Source of the DNA: Methanothermobacter thermautotrophicus str. Delta H
GTDB taxonomy: Archaea; Methanobacteriota; Methanobacteria; Methanobacteriales; Methanothermobacteraceae
Direction: 5' to 3'
NCBI RefSeq assembly: GCF_000008645.1
Contig: NC_000916.1
Coordinates: 270,001 to 302,000 of the forward strand
Length of the DNA: 32,000 nucleotides
The notes under the pieces were generated by a model. It did not search any database, was not told where the DNA came from, and was given only the letters and a program-made list of their open reading frames with translations. Positions 9,363-18,349 of this stretch are shown here, one piece after another (the first letter of the stretch is position 1; each line of letters begins with the position of its first letter). The position numbers and the translations under genes were made by a program.

Positions 9363-10792
9363 GTATTCCTCCCCAGAAGGTTCATTAAAAGGGCCCTGTC
9401 CTCCTCTCTGAACTCACGCAGAAGGATGAGGGATATGAGGTAGATTAAAGCTGCTGCGCCTATCACCAGCAGCAGGTTGATCTCCCTGAGGGGGTAGATC
9501 ATCAGGGCCATGAGGGCTGATGCTGCAGCAGGTTTGATGAACTCCCGGTTCAGCTTCACATCCCCATGGGCTTTACCTATATAGTAGAGGAAGAGGATGT
9601 AGAGGAGGAGCTCAGAAAGCACCGTTGCAGCAGCAGCGCCGATATAACTGTAGTATGGTATGAGTATCATATTAAGGACTATGTTGAAAGCTGCACTTAT
9701 ACCAACACTAAGCATCCGGTACCCTTGCCGGTCAATGGAACTCAGAAGGGTCCCTGTTATGGTACTCACAAGCCGTATCGGGATGAAGAGTGCGAGTATC
9801 TGGAATGCAGGCACCGCTCCAGAGTATCCGCCGGCATAGAAAAGGCCTATGAATCTATCTGCAAGGACTAGGCATCCTGCAGCAACAGGGAAACCGGCGA
9901 TTGCAAGGTACCTCGAGGATATCCTTGTGAAGCCACTCAGCGACCCGGCATCCTCCCGGAAGTACCTTGACATGACCGGGTAGACCGCTGCAGACACCAT
10001 ACCAGCCACGATCATGCTGAGGGCCAGAAGAGGGTTGTAGGCAGCATTGTAGATACCCACCGCAACGTCATCCCTGAGAAGGCCGAGAAGAACAGTGTCA
10101 ATCTTAAAAAAGAAGACTGCGAAGAGTGAATTGAGACCGAAGGGCAGACCCATCAGGAGTAGTTTCTTCTGGAGCCCAGTATCAATGGATCTGGAAGGTC
10201 TTATGAACCTTCTGAAGCTCAGGGATGCTGCAACAGCAATATCCAGTATCCCTGCAAATACATAGACCCAGGCAACGACCATCAAACCGTACCCCATGAT
10301 GAGCACACCCAGTCCCAGGGTTACTATGAACAGCCTCTCTATGATCTGGAAGAGTGCAACGTACTCCATCCTCTCCCAGGCCTGGAAGAGTGACAGGTAT
10401 GTGCCTGAAACCGTTAAAAGAATATTGTAGATTCCAAAGAGATACAGGAGGATCGATGCATCACTAGACAGGTTAAAGGTCCACGCCAGGACGGCGATGA
10501 GGACGAATGTGAGGATTGAGAGGGGTATCTTCAGGAACACGGCATTGTTAACATAGTATGATGAAAGATCCCTTTCACGTGCAATCTCCCTTACGAGGAG
10601 CTGGTTAACCCCGAGATCGGTGAAGGTTACAAGTAGTGTTGTGAGGGAGAATGCGAAATTATATTTACCGAAACCGGCCTCTCCCAGGAACCTTGCAAGG
10701 TATATCATGAATACAAATGACATTAGGGCTGTTAATATCTGGGCACTCCCGGTAACACCGATGTTCTTGACTATCCTCTGGACCTGGTTCAT
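9359..10792 (-). CDS. MOP-superfamily polysaccharide flippase (Wzx/RfbX-like)
   Basis: 477 aa and about 12-14 hydrophobic segments. The N-terminus KNIGVTGSAQILTALMSFVFMIYLARFLGEAGFGKYNFAFSL is typical of polysaccharide biosynthesis/export proteins. Confidence 0.8.
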   Translation of the reverse strand: MNQVQRIVKNIGVTGSAQILTALMSFVFMIYLARFLGEAGFGKYNFAFSLTTLLVTFTDLGVNQLLVREIARERDLSSYYVNNAVFLKIPLSILTFVLIAVLAWTFNLSSDASILLYLFGIYNILLTVSGTYLSLFQAWERMEYVALFQIIERLFIVTLGLGVLIMGYGLMVVAWVYVFAGILDIAVAASLSFRRFIRPSRSIDTGLQKKLLLMGLPFGLNSLFAVFFFKIDTVLLGLLRDDVAVGIYNAAYNPLLALSMIVAGMVSAAVYPVMSRYFREDAGSLSGFTRISSRYLAIAGFPVAAGCLVLADRFIGLFYAGGYSGAVPAFQILALFIPIRLVSTITGTLLSSIDRQGYRMLSVGISAAFNIVLNMILIPYYSYIGAAAATVLSELLLYILFLYYIGKAHGDVKLNREFIKPAAASALMALMIYPLREINLLLVIGAAALIYLISLILLREFREEDRALLMNLLGRNT

Positions 10793-11018
10793 ATTTTAGC
10801 ACCTGAAACATGATTAAAGCAGATACAGACTCTGGCTATCCTGAAGATAAACTGGGAACGGTGCGGATCACAGTCGCCATTCAGTATCTGAAGTATAAAA
10901 GCTGTCGCATCATATCTCTGGCTTTTCATTAATATAACTGTTCATGGCCTTTTGGGGATCCTTCATCCCTGGGCCTCAATGACCCTCTCAGCGGCAGACC
11001 CTAACCTCTAAGATTATA

Positions 11019-12005
11019 TCACCCATAGAGTATCCTGCGGGGTTTCTCATTATCAAATCTCCCCCTGAGGCCATCAGAATAAGCGCTCAATATAAATCTG
11101 ACCCTCCTGAAGGGTTTCTCACGGATACCTGTAATTATCTGAGCTGCGACCGATAGGAGGATTGCTCTGACCATGAAAATGAATAAACGTGCCCTGCCCA
11201 TTTCCTTCCTCCGGAGCCATATGGAATTTCTGACACCGTAATACCGGAGCCACAGTTTATCGTAGGGTACCACCGGGATCTCCCTGCCGAAAAGACCCTT
11301 CGTGAGGTTACCCCTCTCCGCGGCTTCCTTGTGCAGAATCAGACTCCCGGGTACCAGGATGATCTTACCGGTACTCCTCAACCTCAGACAGTACTCCACA
11401 TCATCGTAATGCAGGAAGAATTCCTTCCTTGGAAATCCTATCTCCCGGACCGAATCAGAGTTTATCAGGATCCCCACAAAGGATGCATGATCAATTTCAA
11501 GGGTCTCCTCCCTTAAATCATCCTCTGTCACAGGCCTCACAAAGGTTCCGAAGCTGTCGAAGTCAAAGAAGCCCCTGTGTATGTACTGGGGCCTGCCATC
11601 CGGGGAGACCTTGAGGTTGGCAAGGGCCGCAGTATCATCATCCGCATATCTGAGCAGGCCCTGAAGACTATCAGGGAGTGGTTCAGCATCATCATCCATG
11701 AGCCATATCCAGTCGTATCCATCATGGAAGGCTCTCTTCACGCCCTCATGGAATCCACCGGCCCCACCCGTGTTAACGGGCAGTCTGACATACCTGATAA
11801 CGATTTCACTCCCATCAAGGGGGTTCTCAATCACTGCACCGTCCCTGTAACCCCTGCTCCTGAGGAGTTCAGGTGTCCCATCTGTTGAGGCATTGTCTAT
11901 GATGTAAATTGCATCTAAGGGTCCTGTCTGCCTCCGCAGGGCTTCAAGACACTCCACGAGTAAATCCTTACGGTTGTATGTTACGACAACGGCACAGACC
12001 CTCAA
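11019..12005 (-). CDS. Glycosyltransferase family 2 (GT2-A; candidate galactofuranosyltransferase by context)
   Basis: VVVTYNRKDLLVECLEALRRQT...IIDNASTDGT plus the DxD-type WIWLMDDDAEP. It sits directly downstream of glf. The substrate is inferred from context only. Confidence 0.8.
   Translation of the reverse strand: MRVCAVVVTYNRKDLLVECLEALRRQTGPLDAIYIIDNASTDGTPELLRSRGYRDGAVIENPLDGSEIVIRYVRLPVNTGGAGGFHEGVKRAFHDGYDWIWLMDDDAEPLPDSLQGLLRYADDDTAALANLKVSPDGRPQYIHRGFFDFDSFGTFVRPVTEDDLREETLEIDHASFVGILINSDSVREIGFPRKEFFLHYDDVEYCLRLRSTGKIILVPGSLILHKEAAERGNLTKGLFGREIPVVPYDKLWLRYYGVRNSIWLRRKEMGRARLFIFMVRAILLSVAAQIITGIREKPFRRVRFILSAYSDGLRGRFDNEKPRRILYG
11871..12004. repeat. Copy 1 of a 134-bp near-identical segment shared by the two GT2 genes
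   Basis: Hand alignment to 18121-18254 at offset 6250 bp gives 11 mismatches in 134 positions. Both copies have the same orientation. Confidence 0.85.
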
Positions 12006-12053
12006 GGCATCATCTCCTCACGCTTAACTCCCTTGCATGTGAAGACAGACCAC

Positions 12054-13196
12054 TCAAAGTATCCTCTCCTCAAAGACCTGGAGGGCCCGCAGGACGATAT
12101 CATCCATGTCATAGTAGCGGTACTCTGCAAGCCTCCCGACCAGTATAAGGTCCTCAAATTCTCTGGCAAGTTCAAGGTATCTTTCATACTTCGCCCGGGT
12201 CTCATCTGTGAATACAGGGTAGCAGGCCTCATTCTCCCCGTCTATGTGTGTGCAGGGGTACTCCCTCAGCAGCGTCGTCCTCCTGGAATCTGTGGGGTGG
12301 AGGTGTTTGAACTCGGTGATCCTGGTGAAGTCATAGTCGTTTGGGTAGTTGACGGTGGCAACCTCCTGGAACCACTCCGTGTCAGCGGATTCGAACTGGA
12401 GGTCCAGGGACCTGTAGGGGAGCTCACCATACCTGTAGCCGAAGAGCTCATCGATCTTACCCGTGAATATGACCTTCCCCCTGAACTCGGAGCCCATGAA
12501 GTGGATCTGCCCATCCCTCAGCTCGAGGACCTCATGGTGGCTGGTGTTGAGCATAAGCTTGATGCAGGGGTGGTCCAGCATCCTCTCAACCATGGCTGTG
12601 TAGCCGTCCCGTGGCACGGCCTGGTACCTGTCAGTGAAGTAGCGGTCATCCCGTGAGAGGACCACTGGCACCCTCCCTGTGACCTCGGGGTCCATCTCCT
12701 CTGGTTTCAGGCCCCACTGCTTCCTGGTGTAGTTGAGGAAGACCTTCCTGTAGACGTAGTCTGCAAGGAACTCTATGTCAGGGTCCCCTGACTCCCTGAG
12801 TTCCAGTATGGGGACCCTGGCACCGAAGCCGTACCTCCCTACCAGTTTCTCCTCGAGCCTCTCAGCCAGTGACTGGGGGAGGAGCATCCTCAGCGAGTTG
12901 AGGTTGAATGGCAGGGGGACCTTTGCCCCGTCTATGAATCCCAGGACACGGTGCTGGTACTCCCTCCATTCGCTGAACCCTGAGAGGTAATGGAAGACCT
13001 CCTCACTGTCGGTGTGGAGGATGTGCGGTCCGTACCGGTGCACCAGTATCCCGTTATCGTCAACCTCATCGTAGCAGTTACCACCAACATGTCTTCTTCT
13101 CTCAACAACCAGCACCCTCTCTCCGAGCTGGCTGGCTATCCTCTCTGCCATGACGGAACCTGCAAGGCCGGCGCCGACAATGATGTACTTGAACAT
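12054..13196 (-). CDS. glf: UDP-galactopyranose mutase
   Basis: 380 aa. It has the FAD-binding N-terminus MFKYIIVGAGLAGSVMAERIA...VLVVERRRHVGGNCYD. Length and overall layout match Glf. Confidence 0.85.
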   Translation of the reverse strand: MFKYIIVGAGLAGSVMAERIASQLGERVLVVERRRHVGGNCYDEVDDNGILVHRYGPHILHTDSEEVFHYLSGFSEWREYQHRVLGFIDGAKVPLPFNLNSLRMLLPQSLAERLEEKLVGRYGFGARVPILELRESGDPDIEFLADYVYRKVFLNYTRKQWGLKPEEMDPEVTGRVPVVLSRDDRYFTDRYQAVPRDGYTAMVERMLDHPCIKLMLNTSHHEVLELRDGQIHFMGSEFRGKVIFTGKIDELFGYRYGELPYRSLDLQFESADTEWFQEVATVNYPNDYDFTRITEFKHLHPTDSRRTTLLREYPCTHIDGENEACYPVFTDETRAKYERYLELAREFEDLILVGRLAEYRYYDMDDIVLRALQVFEERIL

Positions 13197-13206
13197 GACA
13201 ATGCAC

Positions 13207-14100
13207 CTAAATTTTCAGGTAATTCATTCCTATTGATTCCTTCTCAAGTAGCCACTTCAATTTTTTTATCTCAGCATCATCGGGGGCTGAGAAATCAGGC
13301 ATCTGGAGGTTCAGACTCCGGTACTTCTCAAGTCCCAGCCTGTGTATCCCGAGGACCTCAATGTGATCCACCATGTTCTCCCTGAGGAATCTGATGAGGG
13401 CCCGTATGTTCTCCCTGTTGAATGTGTAGGGCTTCACCGCCGGGAACCTCACTGTGAAGCTGCCATCAGAGATCCTTTCAAAGTTCCTCCTGAAAACCTC
13501 AGGGTCGCCGCCGGTGACCTCCCGGCACCCTGCATCATCCAGTATCTTCACATCAACCAGGAAGAGGTCCACCTCACCCTTTAACTTCTCAACCGCTTCG
13601 CCTGGGGCGAAGAGTGATGTTTCAACTGCTGCGGGGACTTCACCTATCCTGCGGGTGACACTGAGTATGCCATCGGCCTGGAGGAGGGGCTCACCCCCCG
13701 AGAAGGTGACACCGCCACCGGTGGAGCTGTAGTAGTCAAGGTCCCTGAGGATGACCTCTGCAACGTCATCTGCTCCTGTGAACTCACCGTAGACACCCAT
13801 CGCAGCTGAGGGGCAGCTTCCGGCGCACTCATGGTGTTCAGGGAACCTGAATATGTCCCGGGGCTTATCAAGGAAGCTGCATCTCTTCACACATTCAAGG
13901 CAGCCGATGCATTTCTCCTCTTTGAAGTAGACCTCGGGTTCTCCCCTTATATTTTCGGGGTTGCAGCACCAGGGGCACCGGAGGGTGCAGCCCTTGAGGA
14001 AAACTGTGGTCCTTATACCCGGACCATCATGGACGCTGAACCTCTGGATGCCGGTTATCAGGAGTTCATCCACTGTAACCACCATGCTCTGAGTATTCAA
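13207..14100 (-). CDS. Glycyl-radical enzyme activating protein (radical SAM)
   Basis: GIQRFSVHDGPGIRTTVFLKGCTLRCPWCCNPE carries the CX3CX2C radical-SAM motif. It also has the auxiliary ferredoxin motif CIGCLECVKRC plus ECAGSCP, and GGVTFSGGEPLLQ. The start may be ATG 14085 instead of 14100. Either start overlaps the GRE 3' end. Confidence 0.85.
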   Translation of the reverse strand: MNTQSMVVTVDELLITGIQRFSVHDGPGIRTTVFLKGCTLRCPWCCNPENIRGEPEVYFKEEKCIGCLECVKRCSFLDKPRDIFRFPEHHECAGSCPSAAMGVYGEFTGADDVAEVILRDLDYYSSTGGGVTFSGGEPLLQADGILSVTRRIGEVPAAVETSLFAPGEAVEKLKGEVDLFLVDVKILDDAGCREVTGGDPEVFRRNFERISDGSFTVRFPAVKPYTFNRENIRALIRFLRENMVDHIEVLGIHRLGLEKYRSLNLQMPDFSAPDDAEIKKLKWLLEKESIGMNYLKI

Positions 14101-15994
14101 GGGCCCTCCTGACTATTAACTCCCTGTACTCCTCTGGAAGGTCCCTGAAGTAGGCGCTGAATCCCCAGACCCTCACTATGAGGTCAGGGTAGAGTTCAGG
14201 GTTGTCCCTTGCCCGCAGGAGTACTTCAGGGTCCAGGACATTGACCTGGAGCTGCATAACACCCCTACGGAGACCTGTCCTTATGAGTGCCATGAATTCA
14301 TTCCCTGCACGGTCAAGGAATGGCCTGTCGACCATTATATCAACAACACCCCCATTGAAGGCCTTCAGGTAGTCCAGGGCTGCTGCAAAGTTTAGGACCT
14401 CGGTGTAGGACATGCCGTCAGTGAATTTAAGGGGGGAGATGTGGACGCCGAGGGGTTCACCTGCGTGTCTCCCATCAAAGGATGCCCCGGTGGATTCCCC
14501 CAGTGTTATGTAGACCGGGGAACTTAAACCGAACTTGTATCTCCCCCCGAGTTTATCATGCAGCATCTGGATGATGGTGTTTGTCAGTTCCACCACCTCA
14601 TCCTCGTCCATACCATACCCGGGAGAAATCAACTCGAGGCCCACCCTGAGTGCCTCGGCGGACCTGAAATCATCCCTGAGCACATCTTCAACCTCGGCGA
14701 TGTTCATCGTCTTCTCATCATAGCAGAGCCTCCTGATGTTGAGGAGGGAGTTTATCAGGTTCCCCATCCCCACGGTCAGCACCCCGTTGATGGAGTAGCC
14801 TGCACCATCACAGATATCCCTGGAGTTCCTGATACAGTCAGGGAAGAGGAGTGAAAGGAGGGGTGATGGTTCATTCCTGACCGACTCCACATTCTCCATA
14901 ACATCATCGATGTACCTGTGCAGCTCCTGCCGGTACCTCTCAAGCAGTTCACTGAATTCACCCCTGAACCCGTGGAGGGCATCCTCCAGGGGCTCCAGGA
15001 GGTTCAGATTTGCCAGGTTGTTCTGGTCAGAGGACCTCCCAGGGATGAGTGGCTCCCAGCAGGCAGATGTCGCGTACTCCAGGGCGTCTGATCTGCTGTA
15101 GTACTGACTGAGGGCGTCCACGATGACATCGTCATTGGAGAAGAGGGGATAACCGAGGCCCTCCCTGAGGCACCGGTAGCTGAGCTCCCATACATCATCA
15201 GGTGTTCTGCTGTTAACCCTGAGCACAACCTTGGGGTCGGGTATTCTGAGTTCCAGCATGACCTCCAGGAATATCCGTGTGAGGTCGTTGTATTCCCCTC
15301 CGAGGACAATCACCTGTCCTGTGTCCCCGGGGAGGACGTTGCTCTTGAACTCATAGCAGGAGGAGACGCTCAGGATGAAGTCCCTTATGAGTTCACGGGA
15401 CTCCTCAGGGTCCTCATGGTACTCCTTAAGGATGCTGTCGAGCCTCCCAAGGCCGATGAGGGGGTGCCCGTACATCCAGATGAGGGAATTCATGAACAGT
15501 ATTGACTGCAGTGCCTCCCCCAGGGTTTCTGCCGGCTTCAGGGGCACCCTTCTGAGTTTATCTGCGATTTCAGGTGAGTGCTCAGCGCACCTCTCAAGGT
15601 AGAGCTTAACAGCCCCCAGGGCCCTTCTGAGGATATCCGGGTAACCCCCAGGCTCATCTTCTATCATCTCCTCAATACCCTCAAGGCCCCTCTCAACCAG
15701 GAGTCCGTAGTCAGGTGTGAGGTTTCCAAGGCGCCTGTAACCCTCTGTCTCCAGGACATGGATCCCGGTGTCTATACTGTAGAAGAACCTGTCACCGGGA
15801 TTGAAATGTATGCGGGAGTCCCTGCAGACCTTCTCAAGTTGATGGAGCCTTCTTTCAAGGATGTCCTTTTTGCTGGAGCTGATTATCCTCGTTTTAATGC
15901 AACCCAGGCCCTGCTTCCGGTATAAGGCATGATAGGCCCTTAAATAGGGGAAGAACGGTGTTCTCCTTGCGATCTTCAGCATGGTGTTCTTCAT
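14066..15994 (-). CDS. Compact glycyl-radical enzyme (PFL-superfamily; substrate unknown)
   Basis: The C-terminus LQVNVLDPEVLLRARDNPELYPDLIVRVWGFSAYF parallels the PflB glycyl-radical region (Gly611, codon 14162-14164). The Cys loop is TSACWEP (Cys312, codon 15059-15061). The conserved strand FDGRHAGEPLGVHISP is present. The protein is 642 aa. Confidence 0.8.
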   Translation of the reverse strand: MKNTMLKIARRTPFFPYLRAYHALYRKQGLGCIKTRIISSSKKDILERRLHQLEKVCRDSRIHFNPGDRFFYSIDTGIHVLETEGYRRLGNLTPDYGLLVERGLEGIEEMIEDEPGGYPDILRRALGAVKLYLERCAEHSPEIADKLRRVPLKPAETLGEALQSILFMNSLIWMYGHPLIGLGRLDSILKEYHEDPEESRELIRDFILSVSSCYEFKSNVLPGDTGQVIVLGGEYNDLTRIFLEVMLELRIPDPKVVLRVNSRTPDDVWELSYRCLREGLGYPLFSNDDVIVDALSQYYSRSDALEYATSACWEPLIPGRSSDQNNLANLNLLEPLEDALHGFRGEFSELLERYRQELHRYIDDVMENVESVRNEPSPLLSLLFPDCIRNSRDICDGAGYSINGVLTVGMGNLINSLLNIRRLCYDEKTMNIAEVEDVLRDDFRSAEALRVGLELISPGYGMDEDEVVELTNTIIQMLHDKLGGRYKFGLSSPVYITLGESTGASFDGRHAGEPLGVHISPLKFTDGMSYTEVLNFAAALDYLKAFNGGVVDIMVDRPFLDRAGNEFMALIRTGLRRGVMQLQVNVLDPEVLLRARDNPELYPDLIVRVWGFSAYFRDLPEEYRELIVRRALEYSEHGGYSG

Positions 15995-17253
15995 AGCACT
16001 CCCATCCTTCTGAGTATGATATACTCAATGATTCCGATAATGATTTCGGTGGTGACAACTGCAACCGCGGCACCCGCTGAGCCCAGGAGCATGACAAGTC
16101 CCAGGAGGAGACCGACATGAACCACACCTGCAAATATGACGATCCTCGTGAACTTCTCCTTGTAGCCGAAGGATACCAGCCCCTGGACACCCAGGATGTT
16201 GTTGGCACCGATTGCAAAGATTATGAAGACCAGTATCTGGAGGAGGGGGATGCTCTCATCATAGGATGGACCCGCAAGTATCCCCACGATGAGGGGTGCG
16301 AGGAAGACGAGGGCAACAGACAGCCCGAAGGTCAGGACCCCCATGAAGATCAGCATCTTCCTCAGCTCATACTTCGCCCTTTCACGGTCATCCTTCTGGA
16401 TCCTTGAGAAGTAAGGGTAGATGGCCTGACTTATGGGTGATACGATCCCCTGGAGGGCCCTGGTTATATCCTCTGCCACAGCATAGTATCCAAGGGTTGC
16501 GCTGCTCACAAGGAGTCCCAGTATGAAACGGTTGGATGTGGTGTAGAGGCTTATGGCCAGGGTTGAAATGAAGAGGTGCCACCCCTCAAGGAGCTGCTCC
16601 CTTATATCAGCAGGGGATGGAATCATGAATTTCACACCGAATTCCCTCATGACTATCCTCTGACTGTATAAACCAACGGCCATGAATCCCGCCGAGTTTA
16701 TGAGGGGCACGTAGAGGTAATCTCCGGGTCCCCGCACAGCAAGGAATATGAGTGCGGTGTAGATGAGGGAGCTCACTATCCTCAGGATGCTTATGTACCT
16801 CATCCTCTCAACTCCCTGGAAGAACCAGACCGGGAAGAGGAGGTTGCCCACAACGAGGCCGTAGGTGAAGATGTAGAGGAGGTAATCTGATCTGAACCTG
16901 TCGATCAGGAAGACCGTGACGAGCATGGCCATGAATGTCACTGCCAGGAGGATTGTCTTTGTTACCATAACCGAGCTGTAGATCAGGGACACCCTTTCAG
17001 TGTCATCACGGTGTATTGAGATCTCCCTGGTGGCTGAGAAGTTGAAGCCATAGTCTGTCAGTATCTGGAAGTAGGTTATGAAGGCAACAGCGAAGGCGAC
17101 CTTACCGAAGTTGGCAGGACCCAGGACCCTGGTGAGGTAGGGGAATGTGATGAGGGGGAGGAGGTACTGCACGAGCTGTATACCTGTGAGTGAGATTATG
17201 TTATCCAGGACACGTCGATGTTCGCTGTTTGATAATGGTGATGGTATCTTCAT
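15991..17253 (-). CDS. MOP-superfamily flippase (Wzx-like O-unit flippase)
   Basis: 420 aa and multi-TM. LVQYLLPLITFPYLTRVLGPANFGKVAFAVAFITYFQILTDYGFNFSATREIS is a typical Wzx N-terminus. AAGGATGAT lies upstream. The GRE start overlaps it by 4 bp. Confidence 0.8.
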   Translation of the reverse strand: MKIPSPLSNSEHRRVLDNIISLTGIQLVQYLLPLITFPYLTRVLGPANFGKVAFAVAFITYFQILTDYGFNFSATREISIHRDDTERVSLIYSSVMVTKTILLAVTFMAMLVTVFLIDRFRSDYLLYIFTYGLVVGNLLFPVWFFQGVERMRYISILRIVSSLIYTALIFLAVRGPGDYLYVPLINSAGFMAVGLYSQRIVMREFGVKFMIPSPADIREQLLEGWHLFISTLAISLYTTSNRFILGLLVSSATLGYYAVAEDITRALQGIVSPISQAIYPYFSRIQKDDRERAKYELRKMLIFMGVLTFGLSVALVFLAPLIVGILAGPSYDESIPLLQILVFIIFAIGANNILGVQGLVSFGYKEKFTRIVIFAGVVHVGLLLGLVMLLGSAGAAVAVVTTEIIIGIIEYIILRRMGVL

Positions 17254-17313
17254 TCAATCATCCTTTCTCTGATGAGTTAATCCCTATGAGGAATGCCGGG
17301 ACCTCCAGAAGTG

Positions 17314-18255
17314 TTAGAATTCTCCCGGCTTCACGGTTTTTCCCCTTTTGAGAGTATATCCCTCCCAAAAAGCCTTTAAGAGGTATTTGAAACCGGATGG
17401 TTTATATTTAAGGCATTGATAGGTGACGATAATGAGGGTCCGCAGGGGTCTTAAATACCTCACAAGGATGTTCTCTCCATACTTCCTATCCAGATAGATC
17501 ACATTCCTCAGATGATAGAACCCCTTCCAGTTGAAATCTGGCTCTGCAGCCACTTTTTTGATGAGCCTGGCCCCTGATACCATATAAATTGGCCCATAAT
17601 CCCGCAGCCTGATGGCGTAGTCTGTATCGTCTGCAATGATGAAGAGGCTTTTATCAGGGAATCCTATCCTTTCTATGGCTTCTCTCTTTATAAGGAGTCC
17701 CTCAAAGGATATGGCTGATATCTTAAAGTATTCCTCTTTAAGGTCATCATCAGTTATAAAATCGTATGTGAAGTGTTTGAGGGGATTTCTGAAGTTGAAA
17801 GTCTTTGTCTCACTAATGAAGAGCGAACCCTGGAAGAACCTCACAGGAGCAACTGCGGAAACATCTTCAGGAATTCTTTCAGAGGCTTTGAGAAGTTTTT
17901 CAAGGGTATATTCTTCTGGTTCAACGTCATCATCCATAAGCCATATCCAGTCGTATTCATCATGGAAGGCTCTTCTGACACCCTTATAGAATCCTCCGGC
18001 GCCTCCAGTATTTTCATTGAGCCGCACATAGACAATTTTCAGTGACCGCCCATGATGGTCCGGCAAGTTTTTCACGGACCCATCCGGGTCATCTATGTAG
18101 CCCCCCTCCATGAGTAGATGGGGTGTTCCATCTGTTGAGGCATTGTCTATGATGTAGATTGCATCTAATGGTCCTGTCTGCCTCCTCAGGGCTTCAAGGC
18201 ACTCCACGAGTAAATCCTTACGGTTGTATGTGACGACAACAGCACATATCTTCAT
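17314..18255 (-). CDS. Glycosyltransferase family 2 (GT2-B, paralog of 11019..12005)
   Basis: 43 of the first 45 aa are identical to GT2-A (MKICAVVVTYNRKDLLVECLEALRRQTGPLDAIYIIDNASTDGTP). It has WIWLMDDDVEP. GGAGAGATGA lies upstream of the ATG. The 3' two-thirds is visibly lower in GC than its neighbours. Confidence 0.8.
   Translation of the reverse strand: MKICAVVVTYNRKDLLVECLEALRRQTGPLDAIYIIDNASTDGTPHLLMEGGYIDDPDGSVKNLPDHHGRSLKIVYVRLNENTGGAGGFYKGVRRAFHDEYDWIWLMDDDVEPEEYTLEKLLKASERIPEDVSAVAPVRFFQGSLFISETKTFNFRNPLKHFTYDFITDDDLKEEYFKISAISFEGLLIKREAIERIGFPDKSLFIIADDTDYAIRLRDYGPIYMVSGARLIKKVAAEPDFNWKGFYHLRNVIYLDRKYGENILVRYLRPLRTLIIVTYQCLKYKPSGFKYLLKAFWEGYTLKRGKTVKPGEF
18121..18254. repeat. Copy 2 of the 134-bp near-identical segment shared by the two GT2 genes
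   Basis: See copy 1. A second short near-identical block aligns 17929-17973 with 11691-11735 (2 mismatches in 45) at offset 6238 bp. Confidence 0.85.
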
Positions 18256-18312
18256 TTTTCATCTCTCCATGTTCGAGGATCTGCATTCACTGTCTACTCC
18301 AGGATCTTTTAT

Positions 18313-18349
18313 CAGTCCAGTCCAGTCCAGTCCAGTCCAGTCCAGTCCA
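18313..18349. repeat. Pentanucleotide microsatellite (CAGTC)x7, followed by (CCTAT)x2
   Basis: There are seven perfect CAGTC units at 18313-18347, a degenerate eighth unit, then CCTATCCTAT at 18351-18360. It lies in the 194-bp divergent spacer between GT2-B (-) and 18450 (+). Confidence 0.95.

Noticed and set aside
10810-10932. A 40-aa plus-strand ORF (MIKADTDSGYPEDKLGTVRITVAIQYLKYKSCRIISLAFH) in the 226-bp gap between GT2-A and the flippase.
   Set aside because: It has no Shine-Dalgarno site, no recognisable motif, and runs opposite to the operon. It more likely overlaps the internal promoter or spacer.
12033-12656. A 207-aa plus-strand ORF, plus many other 60-130-aa ORFs antisense to the high-GC minus-strand genes (for example 8560..9443, 11331..11888, 12775..13385, 13342..14112, 14535..15925 and 16117..16407).
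   Set aside because: They lie entirely inside, and antisense to, genes with strong family motifs. Their translations are Pro/Ser/Arg/Gly-rich shadow sequences typical of GC-rich antisense frames. None has an RBS or recognisable motifs.
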